Shown in pieces: positions 1 through 16,892 of a stretch of 64,000 nt of DNA. Numbering within the stretch: the stretch's first letter is position 1; the number at the start of each line of letters is the position of its first letter. The notes beneath the pieces were generated by a model. That model did not search any database. It worked only from the letters and a program-made list of their open reading frames with translations, and was not told where the DNA came from. The stretch comes from the human T2T-CHM13v2.0 reference genome, Homo sapiens, in assembly GCF_009914755.1 (NCBI RefSeq), contig NC_060927.1. One strand, given 5' to 3'. The translations under genes were made by a program, and so were the position numbers.

Positions 1-49
1 AGTTGTTATACCATTTACAGTCTCACCAGATTATATCTGCTGGTGAGAT

Positions 50-344
50 TATATATAAATATATGAATATTTTTATATATTTATATATTATTTTATATAT
101 TTTTATATATTTATATATTTTTAATCCTTGATTTTATATATATTTATATATTTATATATATTTTAAAAAATGTATTTATATATTTTATAAATATATATTT
201 TTAAAATATATTTTTATATATAAATTTTATAAATATATTTCTATATTTATATATATTTTATACTATTTTATCTATTTATATATTTATATATTTTAATCCC
301 TGATTTTATATATATTATATATATATAAGATCAGGGACTTAAAA
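50..344. repeat. AT-rich low-complexity/(TA)n tract ending in a quasi-palindrome
   Basis: Nearly pure A/T; inverted repeat 291-344. Confidence 0.9.
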
Positions 345-2349
345 GGTTATTTTATAATAATAAAGAATGTTCATCAAGAAAACATAACAATCCTAAATAT
401 CTATGTATCCAAAACCAGAAATTCAATAGCCTGTGGCAAACCGAATCCTGTCAATGACCACTTGAGTGAACTTGGAATCATTCTGCCCCCAGTCAAACCT
501 TCATGAGAACATAGCCCCAACTGACAGCTTGACTGCAACTTTATGAGAGACCTTGAGCCACAGGGACTCAGCTGATCCAAGGCTGGATTCCTGACCCACA
601 GATACTATGAGATAATAAAGTCTGGTATTTTAAGGCACTAAATTTTGGGGGTAATTCAAGTTTATCCCAGGAAAACAACATTGGGTTAATATTTGAACAT
701 CAATAAATATAATTCAAAATATTAACAGAAAAAAGAGAAAATCCATATGATCAATTAAATATATGCCAAAAAATACTTGACAAAATTCAGCGCCCTCCCA
801 TGATAAAAACTCTTGGCAAACTTGGAATAGAAGGGAATTTCATCCACATGATAAAGGGCATCTACCAAAAACCCTACTCTTAATGTATTTAATGACGAAA
901 ATCTGAATATATTTCCCATAAGACCATAAACACAGCAAGGATGCCCTATGTCACTGCTGCTATTCAGCACTGTACTGTAAATAAAAATTGCTATTAAAAA
1001 TACTATTTATGGCCAGGCGCAGTGGCTCATGCCTGTAATCCCAGTACTTCGGGAGGCCAAGGTGGGCGGATCACCTGAGGTCAGGAGTTCAAGACCAGCC
1101 TGGCCAACATGGCAAAACCCTGTCTCTACTAAAAATACAAAAATTAGTTGGGTGTGGTGGCACGCTCCTGTAATCCCAGCTACTCAGGAGGCTGAGACAG
1201 GAGAATTGCTTGAACTCAGGAGGCAGAGGTTGCGGTGAGCCGAGATCTTGCCATTGCACTACAGCCTAGGCAACAAGAGTGAAACTCTGTCTCAAAAAAA
1301 AAAAATGCTATTTATAAGAAAATCAAGTAAACCAGAAACATTTTAAGGGACAGATTTAGGAAAATATTTGCAAGAGCTGTACAATGCAAACTATAACTAC
1401 ATTGCTGAGCGAAATTAAAGAAGGTTCAAATAAATTTAAATACACACTATGGTCATGTATTGAAAGCTTCTATTTCAAGATGGCAGTTCTTTCCAAATTG
1501 ATTCAGAGATTCAATGGAATCCTAACCAAAATCCTAGCTGGCTTCTTTAGGAATTGATAGGTTGATTTTAAAATGTATATGGAAATGCAAAGCACCTAGA
1601 ACAGTCAAAATAATTTTGGAAAAAGGACAAAGTGGGAGAACTTGCACTACTTGATTTTACAATTTACCATTGAACTACAGAAATCAAGGCAGCATGGTAC
1701 TGGCATAAGAACAGATACATAAATCAATGGAAAATAGAGAATCCAGAAATAGACCCACAGATATAGGGTCAATTGATTTTCAACAAAGATGGCAAGATAA
1801 TTCAATGAGTACAAGATAGTATTTTTGATATATGATGCTGGGGCAGCTGGATGTCCACATGAAAAACACCTGAACAGTGACCCATATCCCACACCACATA
1901 CAAAAGTTAACTTACAATGGGTCATAGACCTAAATGTGAAAGCTACAACTATAAAACTTCTAGACAATCACATGTGTTGTTTAGGAATTCTAAGAAAAGC
2001 TTCCAGAGTAAAATGTAGGAACAAATCTTTATGATCATGCAATAGGAAAGATTTCTTAGGACACAAAACGTATGAACCTCAGAAGAAAAAAATTGATAGA
2101 CTAGAATTAATTATAATATAAAATGTCTGCTCTTTGAAAGACATTGTTATAAAAATAAAATGTCAAGGCATAAACTATGAGATAATATTTGCAAAACTAT
2201 TTCAGATACAAGACTTTTACCCAGAATATATAAAGAATTCTTAAAACTCCATAACATTGATTATAACAATATAGTCCAATAAAATACATCCATTATAGCT
2301 CAACAATAAAACATAAAAACCCAATTTAAAATGTACAAACAAAAGACAC

Positions 2350-2361
2350 TTTATTTTTATT
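2350..2361 (-). terminator. Tandem AATAAA poly(A) signals for the short DNAH12 isoform
   Basis: tttatttttatt on + strand = AATAAAAATAAA, ~460 nt downstream of the alternative stop. Confidence 0.55.
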
Positions 2362-2823
2362 AGTAAAAAGATACACAGATGGAACATGACATGTTAAAAG
2401 ATGCTAAACATCATTAGTCATCAGGGAAATGCAAATTAAAACCACAGTGGGATACCAATATACACATGAAATTAAAAAGACTGATAATCTAGATGTGAAA
2501 GTGCAGTGGGAAAAAATAAAACAATAGTAAAAAGTAAAAGACTGATAAGCCCAAAGGTTGAAAAGGATGTGGAAGAACTGGAAATCTCATACACTGCTGG
2601 TGAGATTGTAAATGGTATAACAACTTTGAAAGAAATTTAAGTTTCTTCTGTTTTTTGAGACAAAGAGTTTTGCTCTGTCACTCAAGTTGGAGTGCAGTGG
2701 CATGATCATAACTCACTGCAGACTCGAACTCCTAGGCTCCAGTAATCCTTTCACCTCAGCCTCCTGAGTAGCTGAGACTACAGGTGCAAGCTACTATGCC
2801 TGGCTTAACAGTTTCTTAAAAAG

Positions 2824-2862
2824 TTAAAAATACACTTCCCATACCACCCAGCAATCCAGCTC
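2824..2862 (-). CDS. DNAH12: DNAH12 alternative terminal exon (ELDCWVVWEVYF*) giving a 457-aa short isoform
   Basis: Acceptor tttcatttctctttctag, phase 0 matching exon 11, TAA at 2824-2826; I recall an annotated ~457-aa isoform with this C-terminus. Confidence 0.75.
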   Translation of the reverse strand, partial: ELDCWVVWEVYF

Positions 2863-3135
2863 CTAGAAAGAGAAATGAAAGCATATGTCCGCACAAAGAC
2901 TTGTAAACAGAAGACCATAGTAACTTTATTCATAATAGCCAAAAACTGGAAACATCTCAAATATCCATCAAAACGTGAATGAATAAAGAAACTATATACC
3001 TATACAGTGAAATACTACTAAGCAATAAAAGGAATAAGTTAGGCTAGGCGCGGTGGCTCACACCTGTAATCCCAGCATTTTGGGAGGCCGAGGTGGGCGG
3101 ATCATGAGGTCAGGAGGTCGAGACCATCCTGGCTA

Positions 3136-3414
<279 letters not shown>

Positions 3415-3822
3415 CTAGTAAAAGAAATCAGATGCAAAAGAGTATGTATATATGATTCTATTTATCTGAAACTTTAGAAAACAAAAACCTAATCTATAGT
3501 AACAGAAAGCATGTCAGCAGTTTCCTGAGGTCAGAGTTGGGGAGAATTGACCAGGATGGGGTATAAGGAAGGTTTCTGAGGTAGGAGAAATGTTCTACAT
3601 CTTAATTCTGGTGATGGTTACGTAAGTGTACACATTTGTCAAAACTCATATAACTGTACAATTAAAATGGGTACAGTTTATTGTATGTAAACTAAATGTC
3701 AAGTTGATTTTTTAAAGTTAATTTCTCTTGAAATTAATAAAGAATTTTTAAAAGGGATGGAATGACAAATAAATATAGCAAAATCCTAGAATGTAGGTGG
3801 TATGCTTTGTAAAATTCCTTCA

Positions 3823-4107
<285 letters not shown>

Positions 4108-5261
4108 TTAAGGCTGTAGTGAGCCATGATCATGCCACTGCACTCCAGCCTGGGCAAGAGAGTGAGACCCTGTCTCAAAAAACAAAACAAAACTCTATAT
4201 GTTTAAAATTTAAGATGTTAGAAAAATTAAAATGTATAAAGTATACATTAAAAAATCTAAACAGTCAATAGAAAGGGGGAAAATGAAGAAATATGCCAGT
4301 TTTAACCAATAGAACAAGGTCCCTTGAGGAGGTAGGAATCTTTTTTCTTTCAATTGCCTTTTCCCCACTACTATCAGAATTACCTTTTTTTTTTTTTGAG
4401 ATGGAGCCTTACTCTGTTGCCCAGGCTGGAGTGCAGTGGCATGAGCTCCGCTCACTGCAACCTTCGCCTCCCAGGTTCAAGCGATCCTACTCCTCAGCCC
4501 CCCCTAGTAGCTGGGATTACAGGCATGGACCACCATGCTTGGCTAATTCTTGTATTTTTAGTAGAGATGGGGTTTCGCCATGTTGGCCAGGCTGGTCTCG
4601 AACTCCTGACCTCAGGTGATCCACCCGCCTTGGCCTCCTAAAGTGCTGAGATTACAGGTGTGAGCCACTGCACCCAGCCCAGAATTATCTTTCTAAAACT
4701 CAGATCCGAATAGATTACTTCCACAGCGAAAAACCTTCAGAACAAAGTACAAACTCTTGAGCAAAGATACTCCAGGATTTTCCCATGTGGCTCCAACTTA
4801 CATTTCGAACTTCATCATATTCTAAATCTTCCATGTACTGTGTCCCTGTTCCCTATTCTTTAACTATTTTCATTCATTTATATTCTCTGAACACCCTGGT
4901 TCATGCTACATCCCCTCCCTTCTCCACCTATAAAATCTATTTCAAAGCCCAACTCACATTTCACTTCTTGCATAATCTCTTCACCAATTTCCCAAAGCAA
5001 ACAACACTTTGTCCATATCTCTATTCTAGTACTTATCTCTATAGTTGTTATTTCCGTGTCAGGCTTCCAGGCCAAATATAAGCTCCTGAAGACAGTGCTT
5101 ATGCCTTTTTTTTAAGACAGTGTCTCGCCCTGTTGCCCAGCTGGAGTACAGTGGTGCAATCAGAGCTCACTGCAGCCTCAACCTCCTGGGCTCAAGTTAT
5201 CCTCTTGCCTCAGCCTCCTGAGTAAGAAGGACTACAGGCATGCACCACCATACCTGGCTAA

Positions 5262-5450
<189 letters not shown>

Positions 5451-5659
5451 TAGGTGTCTGAATGTGATAAGGAAATTTTTATTGAATTAATAAATGAGTA
5501 AATGAATGACTAAAGAAATTGTAAGGTAAGACAATGAGTTTTACTGAAATGATATTTTAAATAAGAAATTCTATTTAAGCATTTACTTTTTAGAATGGAA
5601 AGATCCTAATGTTACAAAAAAATTCAAAACGCATTAATAAAAACAGAATTACCGCTTAC

Positions 5660-5751
5660 CTCTGTATATTCATCAAAAGTATGATCTTCTGTCTGAAAAG
5701 TCTCTATATTCTCAACTGCAGTCCCATCAAGGAGCCAATTATATTTTTCAA
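5660..5751 (-). CDS. DNAH12: DNAH12 exon 11 (VEKYNWLLDGTAVENIETFQTEDHTFDEYTE); the full-length gene continues beyond position 1
   Basis: ttttcag/gtaagc, 92 nt; cumulative CDS 1335 nt = 445 codons. Confidence 0.95.
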
Positions 5752-6246
5752 CTGAAAATTAATAATCTAATTAAAATCTCAATAATACCCTTTTTAGAAG
5801 ATAAAACACTTTTTTTATATGATCATGGAATGGGGACCTACTCAATTAAATATTATTATTAATAGAGTATTAACATACATGATTTACTATATTTTAAGAA
5901 AATGGGTAGAATAAAAGGAAACCAAGTTAAACAGACATTTTAAAACAAAGGTATTAGAGTATTTGAGGCTTTTAAGAATAACTTAGGGGTACATATACAC
6001 CAATTAATAGAAGATATTGGTTAATAGAATGTCAAAGAATAACCATACATCCTGACCTCACACACACTTGAGAAGACTACAGACCAATAAAATTGAGCTA
6101 CAGGCTCTTTGAAACTATTCTCAGAAACTACCTTGCTTTTACCCTTGAATTATTCCCAACATTTCTTCTCTCTGCCTTTGACTTTATCACCCTGCTCCAG
6201 TTCATATGCACCCTTTGGACTGGACAACAAAATGTATTGGGTTTGA

Positions 6247-6505
<259 letters not shown>

Positions 6506-6661
6506 TGGGTTGGATTCTTGACTCTGCCAAAAGCTACGCCTATGCTCACTTCTGGCTCTCCCTGTTCTTTCATGGCAGCCCCAGACAAACAAACATCTGA
6601 CCAAATTCTAGCACAAATAAAGTGATGACAAATGGTATAATATTATGTATGTCATACACAC

Positions 6662-6818
6662 CATATGTCTCATAATGCTTTCTTGCACCTTCTAAGTTCC
6701 GATGTACTGCTGCCTTCAGTGTATCAACAGCCCAGTGTAACACGTGTTCAGGAAGTTCTGTGTCAAGATTTACTGGTGTTGAAGTTCCTGATAGCCAAGA
6801 GGGGATTGTTTGGACATT
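6662..6818 (-). CDS. DNAH12: DNAH12 exon 10 (NVQTIPSWLS...ARKHYETY)
   Basis: gttag/gtgtgt, 157 nt, open in the continuing frame. Confidence 0.93.
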
Positions 6819-6875
6819 CTAACACAAATAAAAATAATAACAATGTATACAATAAATATCTAACTGTATAATTAA

Positions 6876-7016
<141 letters not shown>

Positions 7017-7689
7017 TAGCTAGGATTACAGGCGCACGCCACCACGCCCAGCTAATTTTTGTATTTTTAGAGACGGGGTTTCACCATGTTGGTCAGGCTG
7101 GTCTCGAACTCCTGACCTCGTGATCCGCCCACCTCAGCCTCCCAAAGTCCTGGGATTACAGGCGTGAGCCATCATGCCTGGCCTATTTTTTGTATTTTAG
7201 TAGAGATGGGGTTTCACAGTGTTGGTAAGGCTGGTCTCGAACTCCTGAGCTCAGGCAATCCGCCCGCCTCATCCTCCCAAAGTGTTAGGATTACAGGCGT
7301 GAGCCATTGCGCCTGGCCTATATGTAGATCTTATACTATATTTTAAAACATTCTTTTCAGATTTCAATGGCCCAAGAAAAAATAACTTGACATAAAATAA
7401 TAATTTAAAATTGTATAGTTTGTAGTCTAACATAAAACAAGTTGGGCCAGGTGCAGTAGCACATGCCTATTGTCCCAGCTACTTGGGAAGCTGAGGCAAG
7501 AAGATCACTTGAGCCCAGGAGTTCGAGGCAGCAGTGTGCTATGATCATGTCTGTGAATAGCCACTGCATTTCAGCCTAGGTAACACAGTGAGACCCTGTC
7601 TCAAACAAAACAAAACAAAACAAAGAAAACCTTAAGTTGGGTTAGTTTTCTATCATCCAACAAATATTTATTGACTAATTATTTACTGA

Positions 7690-7851
<162 letters not shown>

Positions 7852-8354
7852 TGAGTAGCTGGGAGTACAGGCACGCGCCACCATGCCCAGCTAATTTTTG
7901 TATTTTTAGCAGAGATGAGGTTTCACCATGTTGGCCAGGATGGTCTTGATCTCCTGACCTTGTGTTCCGCCTGCCTCGGCCTCCTAAAGTGCTGGGATTA
8001 CAGGCGTGAGGCACTGCGCCCGGCTGACAAATATTTATTGACAAAGTAATTATGCCAGAAAGCTCTAGAAAGAACAAATATCAATTAGATCTTGTTCTTA
8101 AGAAGCTCACAACTCAGAGGAGATGAGACATGCAAATAAAAAAATCAATTCATAGCTACAAGAAAAGTTCTAAGAAGGAAAATGTCATCTCCAGCCTTCA
8201 AGCGACTTTTTCAAAGAGAAAGCAATTTCTAATTTGAAATAATTGGGGGAGGAAAATAACAGAAAGAGTCATAACATTGTATGTACACATACACTGCATA
8301 GAGATTCAATTCAAATAATTTAAAATTCTTTCCCGATGGGTAAAGATGTAATAC

Positions 8355-8543
8355 CTGCAGAGCTTCGGCTATTCGTTCCACCAAACTCAAGACATTATCT
8401 TCCAAATCTTGAAAGGTAGGATAAAATTCCATTTTGTCGTCATCAAATGTCAATTCTATCTTAAATATTGGCAGCCTTTGTTGATCTTTTGGGTCAAAGA
8501 GTTTTACAAATCCTTCTACAGTTCTCCTTAATAGATCCTTTAG
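8355..8543 (-). CDS. DNAH12: DNAH12 exon 9 (LKDLLRRTVE...RIAEALQ)
   Basis: cgcag/gtatta, 189 nt, phase 0-0. Confidence 0.95.
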
Positions 8544-8652
8544 CTGCGTGATATAAATCACTGTTACTTTAGAGAGTACAAATTCAACCTTTAACTAAAA
8601 TCAGTAAACTGATTATAATTGTCTATATCTGATTATAATTGTCTATAATTAA

Positions 8653-8910
<258 letters not shown>

Positions 8911-8929
8911 TAATCAGCATGATATGTTC

Positions 8930-9700
<771 letters not shown>

Positions 9701-9753
9701 CATTAACAAAGGTAACCTAAAACAATAAATAGAACATTATATGCAAACCCTAA

Positions 9754-10090
<337 letters not shown>

Positions 10091-10248
10091 TAAGACTGGG
10101 TCTTGCTCTGTTGCCCAGGCTGGAGTGCAGTGGCACAATCATAGTTCACAGCAGGCTCGAGCTCCTGGGATCCTGGGCTCAAGCAATCCTCCCACCTCAG
10201 CCTCCTGAGTAGCTGGGACAATAGGCATGAGCCACCATTCCTGGCTAA

Positions 10249-10416
<168 letters not shown>

Positions 10417-10576
10417 TAAAATGGTGACTCAGAACTTTTCACATTCTTTAGTAATTCTGTCCCTGGTACAGAAAATGTTCCAGAAGATCAAACAACATGG
10501 TAAAGACTGAAGGGAGGGGAGGTCTGACAGCCAGAGGTAAGTGTGTAATGGGGGGACATGCACATGGAGTGAGGTA

Positions 10577-11126
10577 CAGTGAAATGCTAGAACTAGCTCC
10601 TGTTCTCTCAAGAGCCAATTGTTAAATACTCAAGAATTTTGTGAGCCAGTTGCTAAACTCTTAGAAGCTCGAAATTTACCACTGTGGGAATATTTACACC
10701 ACAGAAGTCGACAAACACTACAAATCAGGGTAATTATCTTTTTCTTTTATTTGTTTATTCATTTATTTATTTATTTACTTATTTATTTATTATCTTGAGA
10801 CAGAGTCTCACTCTGTTGCCCAGGCTGGAATGCAGTGGCACAATCTGGGCTCACCACAACCTCCGCCTCTCGGTCTCAAACTATTCTCGTGCCTCAGCCT
10901 CCTGAGTGGCTGAGATTACAAGCATATGCCACCACACCTGGCTAATTTTTGTATTTTTAGTAGAGAGGAGGTTTTGCCATGTTGGCCAGGCTGGTCTTGA
11001 ACTCCTGAGCTCAAGTGATCCACCTGCCTGGGCCTCCCAAAGTGCTGGTATTAGAGGTGTGAGACACCGTGCCCAGCCTCAGGGTGATTTTCTTTCCTGG
11101 AGAGCCATATTTCTAGCACACTACTG
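10577..11126. mobile_element. hAT DNA transposon remnant (MER63-like) split by an Alu (~10740-11079)
   Basis: Terminal inverted repeats CAGTGAAATGCTAGAA / TTCTAGCACACTACTG; internal tttacaccac...ctacaaatcaggg. Confidence 0.6.
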
Positions 11127-11979
11127 GGTGAAGGTAAAGCCACTGGAACTTAGAAACATGCACAAGGAGCTTCTAAAGTACGAATAATGGTTTCTTATAG
11201 AGAACCAACTGTTGGGAATTTAGCCCAGCAAACAAACATGGTTCTAAATGATCTTCAAGACATTCCTCATCTCTTTACTTTTATTAAATAATCACAGTCC
11301 TCTTAAGAGGGTAAAGGTAGAAAGGAAACCATGTGTATTAGTTACAGCATTACATACTAGATATTAAATATGTATATTATCCTTTTAAATATGCTAGACA
11401 AAATTCATGGAATTGTTGGAGGTCTTTACTGAAAGGGAAAGTTTTTCTTCAAAACTATTTTTCTAGAATTGTATATCTTCAACAGTAAAAATTTGAGGAG
11501 GCCATAAATATAATTTCATAAAATTAAAAATTCCCTATTTGTCATTTAAAGATGATCAATAACTTTAAAAATTTTTTCCACCAGATACCTCTTATACAAT
11601 GATCAATAACATTTTAAACCAAGATTTTACTGAGAACAAAATGAGAATCAATCAACTTGGAATCTAATAAATTCAAAAATATGTTACTAGAATAGTTCTT
11701 TTGTTAACATACTCCAAATAAAGCTATAATTAACTTATATATCCTTTAGGCATGAGCCAAGTAATTACTCATAATACTAATATATACTTCTAGATTTCCT
11801 TTCATTTTAGATAGTTTCAGAAACACAATATTTTTCTGCTAAAATTATTAAAATAAAATTACAGTAGAAATATTTTATTTCAAAATAATTACTTAGCACT
11901 ATGTTTACGTAGAATTCTATTTAAAATATTGAACTAATTTTAATAACATTATCATTTAATATATATAAAGTGTATGTAC

Positions 11980-12175
11980 CTGATTTGACATAAGTGTGGA
12001 AACACAGCTATAAAATGCATCCAATTTTTCAGGTTTAACACCTTCTAGTGCCTCCTTCTTGGTAAAGAGATTTATAACCTTTGGATACCATGTATTCATT
12101 ATCTTCTCTTCTGCGTTTCTAGTTTGTATTGATAGATCAGTTTTCAGTGATTCACAGTCAATTGGACCTTTAGCT
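11980..12175 (-). CDS. DNAH12: DNAH12 exon 8 (AKGPIDCESL...STLMSNQ)
   Basis: aatag/gtacat, 196 nt. Confidence 0.95.
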
Positions 12176-12306
12176 CTATTTATGAGAAAAAGAAATGTGA
12201 TTTGAAGCAAATGATACATATTGGTCTTAAAACACAATTGTTGGGCCGGGCTCGGTGGTTCACACCTGTAATCTCAGCACTTTGGGAGGCTGAGGCAGGC
12301 AGATCA

Positions 12307-12604
<298 letters not shown>

Positions 12605-12718
12605 CTAAAATCTAGAGAAAAGTGTTGAAGATTTAGGATTCCATTTTAAAAATTATACAGTCAAAAATATAGACTCAAGCAAGGAGACATTCAAATTTTA
12701 AATTAAACGGGATTTTAC

Positions 12719-12877
12719 CTAATTCCTGTGAAGTCCAACAAAACTGTATCAGCAAATGTTGTATAACCAAGGTCCAGTAACATTTTCATAGTTGGATGAA
12801 TAATGTGCAAATTAGAGAATATTTGATTTCTTGCCTGCACATAGCTAGAATGCCAAGGATTAGAATAATCTAGGCCT
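12719..12877 (-). CDS. DNAH12: DNAH12 exon 7 (GLDYSNPWHS...LLDFTGIR)
   Basis: ttttccag/gtaaaa, 159 nt. Confidence 0.95.
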
Positions 12878-13476
12878 CTGGAAAAGCAAAACACCATATC
12901 AAACATGATGAAAATAATACACCCTAAACTTTAGGAAATAATGCTTATAACATGAAATTAGTATTGAAGTGAGAAAACTGGGGCTTGAGAAGAGGGAGCT
13001 GTGGTCAGCAATGGGAACCTTAAGATATATGCATTTAATAAAAACACATCAAGAACTCAAAACTGCATTATCTTCAGAGAGAACAGAAATAATTTGTGAG
13101 TAAGGCAGAGTGATGGGCCAGATCTGAGAGCTCTGCTAACTTCCACTGTGCTTTGGCTCAGTTATCCTGGTAAAAATGAAAGAACACAGTCTTTAGGACT
13201 AAAGAAAAGCGCTGGAGAAATCTGTCTGCCATACCCCAAAGCTTACTCAAGGCTAAGTTAAGCTATGCATTCATAAAGATCTCCCCAGTTATGTATGCAG
13301 AACTAAATGAGCATAGTAGAGAGAATACCTCTGAGGTAAAAACAAGAGTACTTTTTTTTTAGATGTGTTCAAAATACCTTTGAGCATCACAATTGTATAC
13401 TTGAAGGTAAGATCAGTTTATTTTTTATCTATATCAAAAATTGGATGAAGTACTGTTTTTAAAATAATTTACTCAC

Positions 13477-13549
13477 ACAGGAGATTCAGGTAAAGGACCT
13501 CCTTCATCTTCAAGCGATTTAACTGGTGGTTTCACAAGAACGCTCTGCA
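13477..13549 (-). CDS. DNAH12: DNAH12 exon 6 (VQSVLVKPPVKSLEDEGGPLPESPV)
   Basis: ttttag/gtgagt, 73 nt, phases fit both neighbours. Confidence 0.95.
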
Positions 13550-13979
13550 CTAAAATACATGGATATATTAATGCTTCTTGAAAATCTCTGCACAATCTAT
13601 TAATATCAAAGTTTCTAACTTTTGATTTTGGATGGTATAGTTTACTGTGCATTAAAAGGAATGTAAGAAAAAACTCCTTTATTTGAAACAAAATCAAGTT
13701 CTTGGTAGTATTTTGGCCTTACTTGAGAGTTCAGATAACGAAAAGCTTTAATAAGATCTCAGTTTTTCACATTCCATCTACTCAAAAGTCACTAGCATGG
13801 CCACTTAAAAAAATGCATTTCATGGTGGCTACCAGGGGCTGGGAGGATGTTGGTCACAGGCTACAAAATTTCAGTTAGATAGGAGGGAACAAGTTCAAGA
13901 GATTACGCGACATGGAGGCCGAGCGCGGTGGCTCATGCCTGTAATTCCAGCACTTTGAGAGGCCAAGGAGGGCAGATCA

Positions 13980-14255
<276 letters not shown>

Positions 14256-14811
14256 TTAGTAACAATTTATTGTACCCTTGAAAATTGTCAAGAGTAGATT
14301 TTATGTTCCCACCACACACAAAAAATGATAAATATGTGAAAAAAATGCATCAGTTAATTAGCTCAATTTAGCTATTCCACACATATTTCAAAACGTATTG
14401 TACATGATAATTATATACAATTTTTATTTGTCAATTTTTAAAAAGGAAAAAAGTTTATTCTAAAAAATAGCAAAGATTATACCCCTAATAAATCTCCCAA
14501 AACATATTAGTATTTTCTAGCAAACCTATAAATAGTATAGCTAAAATCATAAAGACAAAGTAAAAAATCAAAGAGAAGTTAGCTAATAAAAAAAATACAA
14601 AAAGTACCCTTAAATTGTAAGGATTTTGACTTAAGTATAGACTCAAAATAAAAACTTTAAATAAAAATCGTATCTAAGAAATACATATAGTTTAGGCCGG
14701 GCTGAGTGGCTCAGCGTGTAATCCCAGCACTTTGGGAGGCTGAGGTGGGTGGATGGCTTGAGCCCAGGAGTTTTAGACCAGCTTGGTCAACATGGTGAAA
14801 CTACATCTCTA

Positions 14812-15039
<228 letters not shown>

Positions 15040-15126
15040 TCATTTTGCTTATTTCTATTTTTGATTCAGTGGGGACGGGGGGAGGCCAAGGTGAAAGAAG
15101 CCTGGTGTGTGTTAGATGCTACTTAC

Positions 15127-15316
15127 CCAAATATCTCTTCATGCTGTTTTCAAAGTCACTTGACACCTCATTTATGAGACTTTCAAGAAGTTCTTCTCTT
15201 TCTTTCCCTTCCTTTAAAGACTCAGGTATCAGCCTTAACATGTGATCCAGCCATTCCTGCTGAATAGGTACTAAAGGACTACTTTCTACACATTGCTTCA
15301 TATAAATATAGTTGAA
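15127..15316 (-). CDS. DNAH12: DNAH12 exon 5 (FNYIYMKQCV...ENSMKRYL)
   Basis: ttctcag/gtaagt, 190 nt; inside ORF 15119..15475. Confidence 0.95.
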
Positions 15317-16786
15317 CTGAGAACATAAGAAAAAATTAAATGTTCTGCATGGTTGTATCATTTCAGTGTAACTCCTGAACTCTCCCTTCCTAAGACAACA
15401 TTTTTTCAGATTAAAAATATTCTGAAAAATAACATTTTCAGAATAAAAACCATTTAATCCAAAAGTACATCCCACAAAGAAACCATTTTATCTTTTTCTT
15501 TATTTATGATGAATTCTTGCCAAATTAATATTCTTAGTATGGTTTTCATTTTCTCAAGGCAAAACGAAGATTCTTTACCTAACTTATTATTCCTTATTAT
15601 CTAACTTATTATTATAATATATCCACCGATTCAACAAATATTCAGACATTGTTCTAAATGCTGGGTATATAGTAGCTGAACAAAACAGACAAAGCCCATG
15701 CTCTCTTGAGATTATATTCCAGTACAATAGTAGTATAATATAATTTCATAAATTCTCCCATAAGAATGAATAGTCTCACTAAAAATAGACACGAATGAAT
15801 GAAAAGACACTTGATCTTAGTAAAGACATTTTAACATCATGAAAATTTCACTTTTCCCAAAATTGATTTAACACAATACCAATAAAATTATCTACATACA
15901 TTTTTATGGAATTAGATAAGTTGATCCTAAAGTTCATGTGGAAAAATAAACATGCAAGAATAGCCAAGAAAACCCTGAGAAAGAAAATCTGCAATGGAGG
16001 GCTAGCCCTAGGAGACATTAGAACATACCAGAAAGCCTGGTGTAGCACAGGTGTATGGATAGACAGACCAGTAGAAAACAACAGAAAGTCCAAAAATACA
16101 CCAGTATATCAGAAAATTTAGCATATGATAAACATGGCATCTCAAATCACTGGGAAAAATATGAAGGTTTTAATAACTATTTCTGGAACAACTGGTTAGC
16201 CATTTGGAAAAAGATAAAATAATTCATACCTTCCACCATACATAAGAACAAATTCCAGGATTTAACTTAAACAATGAAACTATACAAGGATCAGGAAGAA
16301 AAACATAGATGAAGTCTTTTATAATTTGAGTATAGGAAAAACCTTCCTAGCTATGATTCAAATACTAGATACAAAAAAGGAAACAAGTAATAGATTAATT
16401 TTTACTACATAAAAACATAAATGTTTGCATAACAAAAACAATTTAAAATGTCAAAAGACAATTGACAATCTGGCAGAAAATATTTGCAACATACATCTCA
16501 GACAAAGTGTAAAGAATGCTTTAAAATTTAGGGGATGGGTGAACCTTAAGGACATTATGCTAAGTGAAATAAGCCAATCACAAGAAAACAAGTATTGCAT
16601 TATTCCACTTATATAAAGTAAATAGAGCAGTTAAATTTATAGAAACAGAAAACAAAATAGTAGTTGCCAGGGGCTACAGGGAAGAGGAAATGAGGAGTTG
16701 TTATTTAATAAGTATAGAGTTTCAGTTTTGAAGATGAAAATGTTCTGGAGATTCGCTGCACAAGAATGTGAAAATACTACTAAACA

Positions 16787-16892
16787 GTGCTTGCTTTGGC
16801 AGCACATATACTAAAATTGGAATGATACAGAGAAGATCAGCATGGCCCCTGTGCAAGGATGGACACAAATTCGTGAAGCATTCCATATTTTT
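16787..16892 (+). pseudogene. U6 snRNA retrocopy, 5' part of a U6-L1 chimera
   Basis: Full-length U6-like sequence GTGCTTGCTTTGGCAGCACATATACTAAAATTGGAA...ACAGAGA...TTCCATATTTTT. Confidence 0.95.
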
